Shown piece after piece: positions 48,701 to 64,000 of a stretch of DNA of 64,000 nt. The DNA is taken from NCBI GenBank assembly GCA_964016885.1, contig OZ024744.1, positions 32,860,001-32,924,000 of the forward strand, read 5' to 3'. The stretch's first letter is position 1, and every line of letters starts with the position of its first letter. The translations under genes were made by a program, and so were the position numbers. The notes beneath the pieces were generated by a model. The model saw only the letters and a list, made by a program, of their open reading frames with translations. It was not told the DNA's origin and did no database searches. This stretch comes from Eledone cirrhosa (taxonomy: Eukaryota).

Positions 48701-51700
48701 CACCTACACAACCACTTTACAGAAAGGGCTGCGTGTTTTTTATCATGACACCTACAAAACCACTTTACAGAGAGGGCTGGTTGATTTTTATCATGACACC
48801 TACACAACCACTTTACAGTGTGCGCTGGGTGATTTTTATCATGACACCTACAGGACCACTTTACAGTGAGGGCTGGGTGATTTTTATCATGACACCTACA
48901 CGACCAATTTAAAGAGAGGGCTGGGTGATTTTTATCATGACACCTACAAAACCAGTTTACAGAGAGGGCTGGGTGATTTTTATCACGACAACTACATAAC
49001 CACTTTACAGTGTGGGCTGGGTGATTTTTATCATGACACCTTCACGACCACTTTACAGAGAGGGTTGGGTGATTTTTATCATGACACCTACAAAACCACT
49101 TTACAGAGAGGGTTGGGTGATTTTTATCATGACACCTACACAACCACTCTGCAGTGTGGGCTGGGTGATTTTTATCATGTCACCTACACAACCACATTAC
49201 AGATAGGGCTGGGTGATTTCTATCACGACACCTACACAACCACTTTACAGTCTGGGCTGGGTGATTTTGATCACGATACCTACACAACCACTTTACAGAG
49301 AGGGCTGGGTTACTTTTATCATGACACCTACACAACCACTTTACAGTGAGGGTGGGAGACTTTTATCTTGACACCTGCACGACCACTGTACAGAGTAGGT
49401 TGGGTGATTTTTCAAATGACAACTACACAACCACTTTACAGAGAGGGTTCGGTGATTTTTATCATGACACCTACACGACCATTTTCCAGTGTGGGCTGGG
49501 TCATTTTTATCAATACACCAACAAAACCACTTTACATAGATGGCTGGGTGATCTTATCACGACACCTATACTACCACTTCACAGAGAGGGTTGGGTGATT
49601 TTTATCATGACACCTACACGACCACTTTACAGAGAAGGCTGGGTGGGTTTTATCATGACACCTACACGTCCACTTTACAGAGAGGGCTGGGTGATATTTA
49701 TCATGACACCTACACGACTACTTTTCAGAGTGGGCTGGGGGATTTTTATCATGACACCTACACAACCACTTTACAGAGAGGGCTCGGTGATTTTTATCAC
49801 GACACCTACGCGACACTTTACAGAGAGGGTTAGGTGATTTTTATCATGACATCTACACAACCACTTTACAGAGAGGGCTGGGTGATTTTTATCATGACAC
49901 CTACACGACCACTTTACAGAGAGGGTTGGATGATTTTTATCAATACACCTACACAACCACTTTACAGTGAGGGCTGGGTGATTTATATCATGACACCTAC
50001 ACAACCACTTTACAGAGTGGGCTGGGTGATTTTTATCATGACACCTACACAACCACTTTACAGAGAGGGCTGGGTGATTTTTATCATGACACCTACACAA
50101 CCACTTTACAGTGTGTGCTGGGTGATTTTTATCATGACACCTACACAATCACTTTACAGAGAAGGCTGGGTGATTTTTATCATGACACCAACACGACCAC
50201 TTTTAGAGAGGGCTGGGTGATTTTTATCATGACACCTACACGACCACTTTACAGTGTGGGTTGGGTGATTTTTATCATGACACCTACACAACCACTTTAC
50301 AGAAAGGGCTGCGTGTTTTTTATCATGACACCTACAAAACCACTTTACAGAGAGGGCTGGTTGATTTTTATCATGACACCTACACAACCACTTTACAGTG
50401 TGCGCTGGGTGATTTTTATCATGACACCTACAGGACCACTTTACAGTGAGGGCTGGGTGATTTTTATCATGACACCTACACGACCAATTTAAAGAGAGGG
50501 CTGGGTGATTTTTATCATGACACCTACAAAACCTGTTTACAGAGAGGGCTGGGTGATTTTTATCACGACACCTACACGACCACTTTACAGAGAGGGTTGG
50601 GTGATTTTTATCATGACACCTACACAACCACTTTACAGTGAGGGCTGGGTGATTTTTATCATGACACCTACACAACCACTTTACAGTGTGGGCTGGGTTA
50701 TTTTTATTATGACACCTACACAACCACTTTACAGTGTGGGTTGGGTGATTTTTATCATGATAACTACACGATTACTTTACAGTGTGGGTTGGGTGATTTT
50801 TCAAATGACAACTACACAACCACTTTACAGAGAGGGTTGGGGGATTTTTATCATGACACCTACACGAGTTTTACAGAGATGGCTGGGTGATTTTATCATG
50901 ACACCTACAAAACCACTTTACAGAGAGGGCTGGGTGATTTTTATCAAGACACCTACACGACCACTTTACAGAGAGGGTTGGGTGATTTTTATCAATACAC
51001 CTACACAACCACTTTACACTGAGGGCTGGGTGATTTATATCATGACACCTACACAACCACTTTACAGAGAGGGTTGGGTGATTTTTATCATGACACCTAC
51101 AAAACCACTTTACAGAGAGGGCTGCGTGTTTTTTGTCATGACACCTACAAAACCACTTTACAGAGAGGGCTGGTTGATTTTTATCATGACACCTACACAA
51201 CCACTTTCCAGTGTGCGCTGGGTGATTTTTATCATGACACCTACAGGACCACTTTACAGTGTGGAGTGGGTGATTTTTATCATGACACCTACACGACCAC
51301 TTTGCAGAGAGGGCTGGGTGATTCTTATCATGACACCTACACAACAACTTTACAGAGAGGGCAGGTTGATTTTTATCATGAAACCTACACAACCACTTTA
51401 CAGAGAGGGCTGGGTGATTTTTATCACGACACCTACACGACCACTTTACAGTGACGGATGGGTGATTCTTATCATGACACCTACACAACAACTTTACAGA
51501 GAGGGCAGGTTGATTTTTATCATGACACCCACACGACTACTTTACAGAGAGGGTTGGGTGATTTTTATCATGACACCTACACAACCACTTTACAGTGACG
51601 GATGGGTGATTTTTATCATGACACCTACACGACCAGTTTAAAGAGAGGGCTGGGTGATTTTTATCATGACACCTACATAACCACTTTACAGTGTGGGCTG

Positions 51701-54700
51701 GGTGATTTTTATCATGACACCTACACGATCACTTTACAGTGTGGGTTGGGTGATTTTTCAAATGACAACTACAAAACCACTTTACAGAGAGGGTTGGGGG
51801 ATTTTTATCATGACACCTACAAGACCACTTTACAGAGATGGCTGGGTGATTTTATCACGACACGTATACGACCACTTCACAGAGAGGGTTGGGTGATTTT
51901 TATCATGACACCTACATAACCACATTACAGTGTGGGCTGGGTGATTTTTATCATGACACCTTCACGACCACTTTACAGAGAGGGTTGGGTGATTTTTATC
52001 ATGACACCTACACAACCACTTTACAGAGAGGGCTGGGTGATTTTTCTCATGACACCTACACAACAACTTTACAGAGAGGGCTGGTTGATTTTTATCATGA
52101 CACCTACACGACCACATTACAGAGAAGGCTGGGTGATTTTTATAATGACACCTACACGACCACTTTAGAGAGTGGGCTGGGTGATTTTTATCATGACACC
52201 TACACGACCAATTTAAAGAGAGGGCTGGGTGATTTTTATCATGACACATACGCGACCACTTTACAGAGAGGGTTGGGTGATTTTTATCATGACACCTACA
52301 AAACCACTTTACAGAGAGGGTTGGGTGATTTTTATCATGACACCTACACAACCACTCTGCAGTGTGGGCTGGGTGATTTTTATCATGTCACCTACACAAC
52401 CACATTACAGATAGGGCTGGGTGATTTCTATCACGACACCTACACAACCACTTTACAGTCTGGGCTGGGTGATTTTGATCACGATACCTACACAACCACT
52501 TTACAGAGAGGGCTGGGTTACTTTTATCATGACACCTACACAACCACTTTACAGTGAGGGTGGGAGACTTTTATCTTGACACCTGCACGACCACTGTACA
52601 GAGTAGGTTGGGTGATTTTTCAAATGACAACTACACAACCACTTTACAGAGAGGGTTCGGTGATTTTTATCATGACACCTACACGACCATTTTCCAGTGT
52701 GGGCTGGGTCATTTTTATCAATACACCAACAAAACCACTTTACATAGATGGCTGGGTGATCTTATCACGACACCTATACTACCACTTCACAGAGAGGGTT
52801 GGGTGATTTTTATCATGACACCTACACGACCACTTTACAGAGAAGGCTGGGTGGGTTTTATCATGACACCTACACGTCCACTTTACAGAGAGGGCTGGGT
52901 GATATTTATCATGACACCTACACGACTACTTTTCAGAGTGGGCTGGGGGATTTTTATCATGACACCTACACAACCACTTTACAGAGAGGGCTCGGTGATT
53001 TTTATCACGACACCTACGCGACACTTTACAGAGAGGGTTAGGTGATTTTTATCATGACATCTACACAACCACTTTACAGAGAGGGCTGGGTGATTTTTAT
53101 CATGACACCTACACGACCACTTTACAGAGAGGGTTGGATGATTTTTATCAATACACCTACACAACCACTTTACAGTGAGGGCTGGGTGATTTATATCATG
53201 ACACCTACACAACCACTTTACAGAGTGGGCTGGGTGATTTTTATCATGACACCTACACAACCACTTTACAGAGAGGGCTGGGTGATTTTTATCATGACAC
53301 CTACACAACCACTTTACAGTGTGTGCTGGGTGATTTTTATCATGACACCTACACAATCACTTTACAGAGAAGGCTGGGTGATTTTTATCATGACACCAAC
53401 ACGACCACTTTTAGAGAGGGCTGGGTGATTTTTATCATGACACCTACACGACCACTTTACAGTGTGGGTTGGGTGATTTTTATCATGACACCTACACAAC
53501 CACTTTACAGAAAGGGCTGCGTGTTTTTTATCATGACACCTACAAAACCACTTTACAGAGAGGGCTGGTTGATTTTTATCATGACACCTACACAACCACT
53601 TTACAGTGTGCGCTGGGTGATTTTTATCATGACACCTACAGGACCACTTTACAGTGAGGGCTGGGTGATTTTTATCATGACACCTACACGACCAATTTAA
53701 AGAGAGGGCTGGGTGATTTTTATCATGACACCTACAAAACCTGTTTACAGAGAGGGCTGGGTGATTTTTATCACGACACCTACACGACCACTTTACAGAG
53801 AGGGTTGGGTGATTTTTATCATGACACCTACACAACCACTTTACAGTGAGGGCTGGGTGATTTTTATCATGACACCTACACAACCACTTTACAGTGTGGG
53901 CTGGGTTATTTTTATTATGACACCTACACAACCACTTTACAGTGTGGGTTGGGTGATTTTTATCATGATAACTACACGATTACTTTACAGTGTGGGTTGG
54001 GTGATTTTTCAAATGACAACTACACAACCACTTTACAGAGAGGGTTGGGGGATTTTTATCATGACACCTACACGAGTTTTACAGAGATGGCTGGGTGATT
54101 TTATCATGACACCTACAAAACCACTTTACAGAGAGGGCTGGGTGATTTTTATCAAGACACCTACACGACCACTTTACAGAGAGGGTTGGGTGATTTTTAT
54201 CAATACACCTACACAACCACTTTACACTGAGGGCTGGGTGATTTATATCATGACACCTACACAACCACTTTACAGAGAGGGTTGGGTGATTTTTATCATG
54301 ACACCTACAAAACCACTTTACAGAGAGGGCTGCGTGTTTTTTGTCATGACACCTACAAAACCACTTTACAGAGAGGGCTGGTTGATTTTTATCATGACAC
54401 CTACACAACCACTTTCCAGTGTGCGCTGGGTGATTTTTATCATGACACCTACAGGACCACTTTACAGTGTGGAGTGGGTGATTTTTATCATGACACCTAC
54501 ACGACCACTTTGCAGAGAGGGCTGGGTGATTCTTATCATGACACCTACACAACAACTTTACAGAGAGGGCAGGTTGATTTTTATCATGAAACCTACACAA
54601 CCACTTTACAGAGAGGGCTGGGTGATTTTTATCACGACACCTACACGACCACTTTACAGTGACGGATGGGTGATTCTTATCATGACACCTACACAACAAC

Positions 54701-57700
54701 TTTACAGAGAGGGCAGGTTGATTTTTATCATGACACCCACACGACTACTTTACAGAGAGGGTTGGGTGATTTTTATCATGACACCTACACAACCACTTTA
54801 CAGTGACGGATGGGTGATTTTTATCATGACACCTACACGACCAGTTTAAAGAGAGGGCTGGGTGATTTTTATCATGACACCTACATAACCACTTTACAGT
54901 GTGGGCTGGGTGATTTTTATCATGACACCTACACGATCACTTTACAGTGTGGGTTGGGTGATTTTTCAAATGACAACTACAAAACCACTTTACAGAGAGG
55001 GTTGGGGGATTTTTATCATGACACCTACAAGACCACTTTACAGAGATGGCTGGGTGATTTTATCACGACACGTATACGACCACTTCACAGAGAGGGTTGG
55101 GTGATTTTTATCATGACACCTACATAACCACATTACAGTGTGGGCTGGGTGATTTTTATCATGACACCTTCACGACCACTTTACAGAGAGGGTTGGGTGA
55201 TTTTTATCATGACACCTACACAACCACTTTACAGAGAGGGCTGGGTGATTTTTCTCATGACACCTACACAACAACTTTACAGAGAGGGCTGGTTGATTTT
55301 TATCATGACACCTACACGACCACATTACAGAGAAGGCTGGGTGGTTTTTTACCATGACACCTACACGACCACTTTACAGAGAGGGCTGGGTGATTTTTAT
55401 AATGACACCTACACGACCACTTTAGAGAGTGGGCTGGGTGATTTTTATCATGACACCTACACGACCAATTTAAAGAGAGGGCTGGGTGATTTTTATCATG
55501 ACACATACGCGACCACTTTACAGAGAGGGTTGGGTGATTTTTATCATGACACCTACACAACCACTTTACAGAGAGGGCTGGGTGATTTTTATCATGACAC
55601 CTACACGACCACTTTACAGAGAGGGTTGGGTGATTTTTATCAATACACCTACACAACCACTTTACAATGAGGGCTGGGTGATTTATATCATGACACCTAC
55701 ACAACCACTTTACAGTGTGGGCTGGATGATTTTTATCATGACACCTACACAACCACATTACAGTGTGTGCTGGGTGATTTTTATCATGACAACTACACAA
55801 TCACTTTACAGAGAAGGCTGGGTGATTTTATCATGACACCTACACGACCCCTTTTAGAGAGGGCTGGGTGATTTTTATCATGTCACTTACACGACCACTT
55901 TACAGTGTGGGTTGGGTGATTTTTATCATGACACCTACAAAACCACTTTACAGTGCGGGCTGGGTGATTTTTATCAATACACCTACAAAACCACTTTACA
56001 GAGTGGGTTGGGGGATTTTTATCATGACACCTACAGAACCACTTTACAGTGCGGGTTGGGTGATTTTTATCATGACATCTACACGACCACTTTACAGAGT
56101 GGGCTGGGTGATTATTATCATGACACCAACACGACCACTTTACACTGAGGGTTGGGTGATTTTTATCATGTCACCTGCACAACCACTTTGCAGTGTGGGC
56201 TGGGTGATTTTTATCATGACACCTACACAACCACTTTACAGAGAGGGCTGGGTGATTTATATCATGACACCTACACAACCACTTTACAGAGAGGGCTGGG
56301 TGATTTTTAAAACGACACCTACACAACCACTTTACAGTGAGGGCTGGGTGAATTTTATCATGACACCTACACAACCACTTTACAGTGTGGGCTGGGTGAT
56401 TTTTATCATGACACCTACACAATCACTTTACAGAGAGGTTTGGGTGATTTTTATCATGACACCTACACAACCACTTTACAGAGAGGGCTGCGTGTTTTTT
56501 ATAATGACCCCTACACGACCACTTTCCAGTGTGGGCTGGGTGACTTTTATCAATACACCTACAAAACCACTTTACAAAAAGGGTTGGAGGATATTATCAT
56601 GACACCTACAAGACCACTTTACAGAGATGGCTGGGTGATTTTATCACGACACCTATACGACCACTTTACAGAGATGGTTGGGTGATTTTTATCATGACAC
56701 CTACACGAACACTTTACAGAGAGGGTTGCGTGGTTTTTATCATGACACCTACACAACCACTTTACAGAGAGGGCTGGGTTATTTTTATCATGACACCTAC
56801 ACGAACACTTTTAGAGGGGGCTGGGTGATTTTTATCATGACACCTACAAAGCACTTTACAGAGAGGGCTGCGTGTTTTTTATCATGACACCTACACGACC
56901 ACTTTACAGTGAGGGCTGGGTGATTTTTATCATGACACCTACACGAGCACTTTACAGTGTGGGTTGGGTGATTTTTATCATGACACCTACACAACCACTT
57001 TTAAGAGAGGGTTGGGTGATTTTTATCATGACACCTACACAACCACTTTACAGAGAGGGTTGGGTGATTTTTATCATGACACCTACACGACCACTTAAAC
57101 AGAGATGGCTGGGTGATTTTATCACGACACCTATACGACCACTTTACAGAGAGGGCTGTGTTATTTTTATCATGACAATTACACGACCACTTTCCAGTGT
57201 GGGCTGGGTGATTTTTATCAATACACCTACAAAACCACTTTACAGAGAGTGTTGGGGGATTTTTATCATGACACCTACACGACCACTTAAACAGAGATGG
57301 CTGGGTGATTTTATCACGACACCTATACGACCACTTTACAGAGAGGGCTGGGAGATTTTTATCATGACACCTTCACGACCACTTTACAGTGAGGGTTGGG
57401 TGATTTTTATCATGACATCTACACGACCACATTACAGAGTGGGCTGGGTGATTTTCATCATGACACCTACACGACCACTTTAACACTGAGGGTTGGGTAA
57501 TTTTATCATGACACCTACAGAACCAATTTACAGATAGGGCTGGGTGATTTTTATCACGACACCTACACCACCACTTTACAGTGTGGGCTGGGTGGTTTTT
57601 ATCATGATACCTACACAACCACTTTTCAGTGTGGGCTGGGTGATTTTTATCATGACACCTACACGACCACTTTACAGAGAGGGCTGGGTGATTTTTATCA

Positions 57701-60700
57701 TGACACCTACACAACCACTTTACAGTGAGGGTGGGAGATTTTTATCATGTCACCTGCTCGACCACTTTACAGAGTGGGCTGGGTGATTTTTATCATGACA
57801 CCTACACAAACACTTTACAGAGAGGGCTGGGTGATATTTATCATGACACCTACAAAACCACTTTACGTTGAGGGTGGGTGATTTTTATCATGACATCTAC
57901 ACGACCACATTACAGAGTGGGCTGGGTGATTTTTTATCATGACACCTACAGGACCACTTTACAGTGTGGAGTGGGTGATTTTTATCATGACACCTACACG
58001 ACCACTTTGCAGAGAGGGCTGGGTGATTTTCATCATGACACCTACACAACAACTTTACAGAGAGGGCTGGGTGATTTTTATCACGACACCTACACGACCA
58101 CTTTACAGAGAGGGTTGGGTGATTTTTATCATGACACCTACACAACCACTTTACAGTGAGGGCTGGGTGATTTTTATCATGACACCTACACGACCACTTT
58201 ACAGTGAGGGCCGGGTGATTTTTATCATGACACCTACACGACCACGTTTCAGAGAGGGCTGGGTAATTTTTACATGACACCTACACAACCACTTTACAGT
58301 GTTGGCTGGGTGATTTTTATCATGACACCTACACGATCAATTTACAGTGTGGGCTGCGTGATTTTTCAAATGACAACTACCCAACCACTTTACAGAGAGG
58401 GTTGGGCGATTTTTATCATGACACCTACATGAACACTTTCCAGTGGGGGCTGGGTGATTTTTATCAATACACCTACAAAACCACTTTACAAAGAGGGTTG
58501 GGTTATATTTATCATCACACCTACAAGACCACTTTACAGAGATGGCTGGGTGATTTTATCACGACACCAATACGACCACTTTACAGAGAGGGTTGGGTGA
58601 TTTTTATCATGACACCTACAGAACCACTTTACAGTGTGGGCTGGGTGATTTTTATCATGACACCTTCACGACCACTTTACACAGAGGGCTGCGTGATTTT
58701 TATCATGATACCTACACGACCACTGTACAGTGAGGGTTGGTTGATTTTTATCATGACACCTAAACGACCACTTTACAGAGAGGGCTGCGTGATTTTTATC
58801 ATGATACCTACACGACAACTTTACAGTGAGGGTTGGTTGATTTTTATCATGATACCTACACGACCACTTTACAGTGAGGGTTGGTTGATTTTTATCATGA
58901 TACCTACAGAACCACTCTACAGAGAGGGCTGGGGGATTTTTATCACGACACCTACACAACCAGTTTACAGTGTGGGCTGGGTGATTTTTTTCATGATACC
59001 TACACAACCACTTTACAGTGTGGGCTGGGTGAGTTTTATCATGACACCTACACGACCACTTTACAGAGAGGGCTGGGTGATTTTTATCATGACACCTACA
59101 CAACCACTTTACAGTGTGGGCTGGGTGATTTTTATCATGACACCTACACGATCACTTTACAGTGTGGGTTGGGTGATTTTTCAAATGACAACTTCACAAC
59201 CACTTTACAGAGAGGGTTGGGTGATTTTTATCATGACACCTACACGACCACTTTCCAGTGTGGGCTGGGTGTTTTTTATCAATACACCTACAAAACCACT
59301 TTACAAAGAGGGTTGAGTGATTTTTATCATGACACCTACACGAACACTTTTAGAGAGGGCTGGGTGATTTTTATCATGACACCTTCACGATCACTTTACA
59401 GAGAGGGCTGCGTGTTTTTTATCATTACACCTACACAAGCACTTTACAGTGTGGGCTCGTTGATTTTTATCATGACACCTACACGATCACTTTGCAGTGT
59501 GGGTTGGGTGATTTTTATCATGACACCTACACAACCACTATTAAGAGAGGGTTGGGAGATTTCTATCATGACACCTACACAACCACTTTACAGAGAGGGC
59601 TGGGTGATTTTTATCATAATACCTACACAACCACTTTACACTGAGGGTTGGGTGATTTTTATCATGACACCTACACAACCACTTTACAGTGAGGGTGGGA
59701 GATTTTTATCATGACACCTGCTCGACCACTTAACAGAGTGGGCTGGGTGATTTTTATCATGACACCTACACAACCACTTTACATTGAGGGTGGGGGATTT
59801 TATCATGACACCTACACAACCAGTTTACAGTGTGCGCTGGGTGATTTTTATCATGACACCTACAGGACCACTTTACAGAATGGAGTGTGTGATTTATATC
59901 ATGACACCTACACGACCACTTTACTGAGAGGGCTGGGTTATTTTTATCATGACACCTAAACAACCACTTTACAGTGAGGGTGGGATATTTTTATCATGAC
60001 ACCTGCTCGACCACTTTACAGAGTGGGCTGGGTGATTTTTATCATGACACCTACACAACCACTTTACAGTTAGGGCTGGGTGATTTTTATCATGACACCT
60101 ACACGACCACTTTACAGTGAGGGCTGGGTGATTTTTATCATGACACCTACACGACCACGTTTCAGAGAGGGCTGGGTGATTTTTACATGACACCTACACA
60201 ACCACTTTACAGTGTTGGCTGGGTGATTTTTATCATGACACCTACACGATCACTTTACAGTGTGGGTTGGGTGATTTTTCAAATAACAACTACACAACCA
60301 CTTTACAGAGTGGGTTGGGCGATTTTTATCATGACACCTACACGACCACTTTACAGAGAAGGCTGTGTGGGTTTTATCATGACACCTACACGACCACTTT
60401 ACAGAGAGGGCTGGGTGATATTTATCATGACACCTACACGACTACTTTTCAGAGTGGGCTGGGGGATTTATATCATGACACCTACACAACCACTTTACAG
60501 AGAGGGCTCGGTGATTTTTATCACGACACCTACGCGACACTTTACAGAGAGGGTTGGGTGATTTTTATCATGACATCTACACAACCACTTTACAGAGAGG
60601 GCTGGGTGATTTTTATCATGACACCTACACGACCACTTTACAGAGAGGGTTGGGTGATTTTTATCAATACACCTACACAACCACTTTACAGTGAGGGCTG

Positions 60701-63700
60701 GGTGATTTATATCATGACACCTACACAACCACTTTACAGAGTGGGCTGGGTGATTTTTATCATGACACCTACACAACCACTTTACAGAGAGGGCTGGGTG
60801 ATTTTTATCATGACACCTACACAACCACTTTGCAGTGTGGGCTGGGTGATTTTTATCATGACACCTACACAACCACTTTACAGTGTGTGCTGGGTGATTT
60901 TTATCATGACACCTACACAATCACTTTACAGAGAAGGCTGGGTGATTTTTATCATGACACCAACACGACCACTTTTAGAGAGGGCTGGGTGATTTTTATC
61001 ATGACACCTACACGACCACGTTTCAGAGAGGGCTGGGTAATTTTTACATGACACCTACACAACCACTTTACAGTGTTGGCTGGGTGATTTTTATCATGAC
61101 ACCTACACGATCAATTTACAGTGTGGGCTGCGTGATTTTTCAAATGACAACTACCCAACCACTTTACAGAGAGGGTTGGGCGATTTTTATCATTACACCT
61201 ACACGACCACTTTACAGTGTGGAGTGGGTGATTTTTATCATGACACCTACACGACCACTTTGCAGAGAGGGCTGGGTGATTCTTATCATGACACCTACAC
61301 AACAACTTTACAGAGAGGGCAGGTTGATTTTTATCATGACACCTACACAACCACTTTACAGAGAGGGCTGGGTGATTTTTATCACGACACCTACACGACC
61401 ACTTTACAGTGACGGATGGGTGATTCTTATCATGACACCTACACAACAACTTTACAGAGAGGGCAGGTTGATTTTTATCATGACACCCACACGACTACTT
61501 TACAGAGAGGGTTGGGTGATTTTTATCATGACACCTACACAACCACTTTACAGTGACGGATGGGTGATTTTTATCATGACACCTACACAACTACTTTACA
61601 GTGTGGGCTGGGTGATTTTTATCATGACACCTACACAATCACTTTACAGAGAGGGCTGGGTGATTTTTATCATGACACCTACACGACCAGTTTACAGAGA
61701 GGCCGGGTTATTTTCATCATGACACCTACAAAACCACTTTACAGTGAGGGCTGGTTGATTTTTATCATGACACCTACACGACCAGTTTAAAGAGAGGGCT
61801 GGGTGATTTTTATCAATACACCTACAAAACCACTTTACATAGATGGCTGGGTGATCTTATCACGACACCTATACTACCACTTCACAGAGAGGGTTGGGTG
61901 ATTTTTATCATGACACCTACACGACCACTTTACAGAGAAGGCTGTGTGGGTTTTATCATGACACCTACACGACCACTTTACAGAGAGGGCTGGGTGATAT
62001 TTATCATGACACCTACACGACTACTTTTCAGAGTGGGCTGGGGGATTTTTATCATGACACCTACACAACCACTTTACAGAGAGGGCTCGGTGATTTTTAT
62101 CACGACACCTACGCGACACTTTACAGAGAGGGTTGGGTGATTTTTATCATGACATCTACACAACCACTTTACAGAGAGGGCTGGGTGATTTTTATCATGA
62201 CACCTACACGACCACTTTACAGAGAGGGTTGGGTGATTTTTATCAATACACCTACACAACCACTTTACAGTGAGGGCTGGGTGATTTATATCATGACACC
62301 TACACAACCACTTTACAGAGTGGGCTGGGTGATTTTTATCATGACACCTACACAACCACTTTACAGAGAGGGCTGGGTGATTTTTATCATGACACCTACA
62401 CAACCACTTTGCAGTGTGGGCTGGGTGATTTTTATCATGACACCTACACAACCACTTTACAGTGTGTGCTGGGTGATTTTTATCATGACACCTACACAAT
62501 CACTTTACAGAGAAGGCTGGGTGATTTTTATCATGACACCAACACGACCACTTTTAGAGAGGGCTGGGTGATTTTTATCATGACACCTACACGACCACGT
62601 TTCAGAGAGGGCTGGGTAATTTTTACATGACACCTACACAACCACTTTACAGTGTTGGCTGGGTGATTTTTATCATGACACCTACACGATCAATTTACAG
62701 TGTGGGCTGCGTGATTTTTCAAATGACAACTACCCAACCACTTTACAGAGAGGGTTGGGCGATTTTTATCATTACACCTACACGACCACTTTACAGTGTG
62801 GAGTGGGTGATTCTTATCATGACACCTACACGACCACTTTGCAGAGAGGGCTGGGTGATTCTTATCATGACACCTACACAACAACTTTACAGAGAGGGCA
62901 GGTTGATTTTTATCATGACACCTACACAACCACTTTACAGAGAGGGCTGGGTGATTTTTATCACGACACCTACACGACCACTTTACAGTGACGGATGGGT
63001 GATTCTTATCATGACACCTACACAACAACTTTACAGAGAGGGCAGGTTGATTTTTATCATGACACCCACACGACTACTTTACAGAGAGGGTTGGGTGATT
63101 TTTATCATGACACCTACACAACCACTTTACAGTGACGGATGGGTGATTTTTATCATGACACCTACACAACTACTTTACAGTGTGGGCTGGGTGATTTTTA
63201 TCATGACACCTACACAATCACTTTACAGAGAGGGCTGGGTGATTTTTATCATGACACCTACACGACCAGTTTACAGAGAGGCTGGGTTATTTTCATCATG
63301 ACACCTACAAAACCACTTTACAGTGAGGGCTGGTTGATTTTTATCATGACACCTACACGACCAGTTTAAAGAGAGGGCTGGGTGATTTTTATCATGACAC
63401 CTACATAACCACTTTACAGTGTGGGCTGGGTGATTTTTATCATGACACCTACACGATCACTTTACAGTGTGGGTTGGGTGATTTTTCAAATGACAACTAC
63501 AAAACCACTTAACAGAGAGGGTTGGGGGATTTTTATCATGACACCTACAAGACCACTTTACAGAGATGGCTGGGTGATTTTATCACGACACGTATACGAC
63601 CACTTCACAGAGAGGGTTGGGTGATTTTTATCATGACACCTACATAACCACATTACAGTGTGGGCTGGGTGATTTTTATCATGACACCTTCACGACCACT

Positions 63701-64000
63701 TTACAGAGAGGGTTGGGTGATTTTTATCATGACACCTACACAACCACTTTACAGAGAGGGCTGGGTGATTTTTCTCATGACACCTACACAACAACTTTAC
63801 AGAGAGGGCTGGTTGATTTTTATCATGACACCTACACGACCACTTTACAGAGAAGGCTGGGTGGTTTTTTATCATGACACCTACACGACCACTTTACAGA
63901 GAGGGCTGGTTGATTTTTATAATGACACCTACACGACCACTTTAGAGAGTGGGCTGGGTTGTTTTTATCATGACACCTACAAGACCAATTTAAAGAGAGG
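30703..64000 (+). repeat. 48-bp satellite array, >33 kb (~690 monomers), continues past the window end
   Basis: Consensus CTGGGTGATTTTTATCATGACACCTACACRACCACTTTACAGWGWGGG, head-to-tail, with no insertion seen. 48 bp equals 16 codons, which explains the repetitive ORFs. Confidence 0.98.

Noticed and set aside
30689-64000. Many long ORFs encoding 16-aa repeats (GDFYHDTYTTTLQRGL, WVIFIMTPTRPLYREG, CRCHDKNHPALSVKW)
   Set aside because: The 48-bp unit is a multiple of 3. ORFs occur in several frames on both strands with frequent stops and 1-nt indels, so there is no sign of coding constraint.
30703-64000. CRISPR-like repeat/spacer array
   Set aside because: There are no unique spacers; the variable positions are point variants of one monomer. 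No cas genes are present and the context is eukaryotic.

Overview
This is eukaryotic, repeat-saturated DNA with no recognisable host gene. The SINE families and abundant (TA)n/(CA)n tracts suggest a cephalopod (Octopus-like) genome, which is an inference. Bases 1-30.7 kb are nested retroelements. They include several Penelope-like elements (PLEs; one with an uninterrupted 835-codon RT + GIY-YIG frame), a near full-length decayed L1/Tx1-type LINE inserted in (AAT)n, a decayed RTE LINE, a CRE-like 3' fragment and tRNA-derived SINEs. I read about 15 type I hammerhead ribozyme (HHR) motifs by eye, many within fold-back palindromes bounded by (TA)n. Bases 30.7-64 kb are one 48-bp satellite array with nested multi-kb duplications. 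Its monomer matches a tandem motif at the 3' end of the RTE LINE, and intermediate stages of that expansion lie in the same window. Nearly all short ORFs in the track are microsatellite or satellite artefacts. All alignments and folds were done by eye, so boundaries are approximate.
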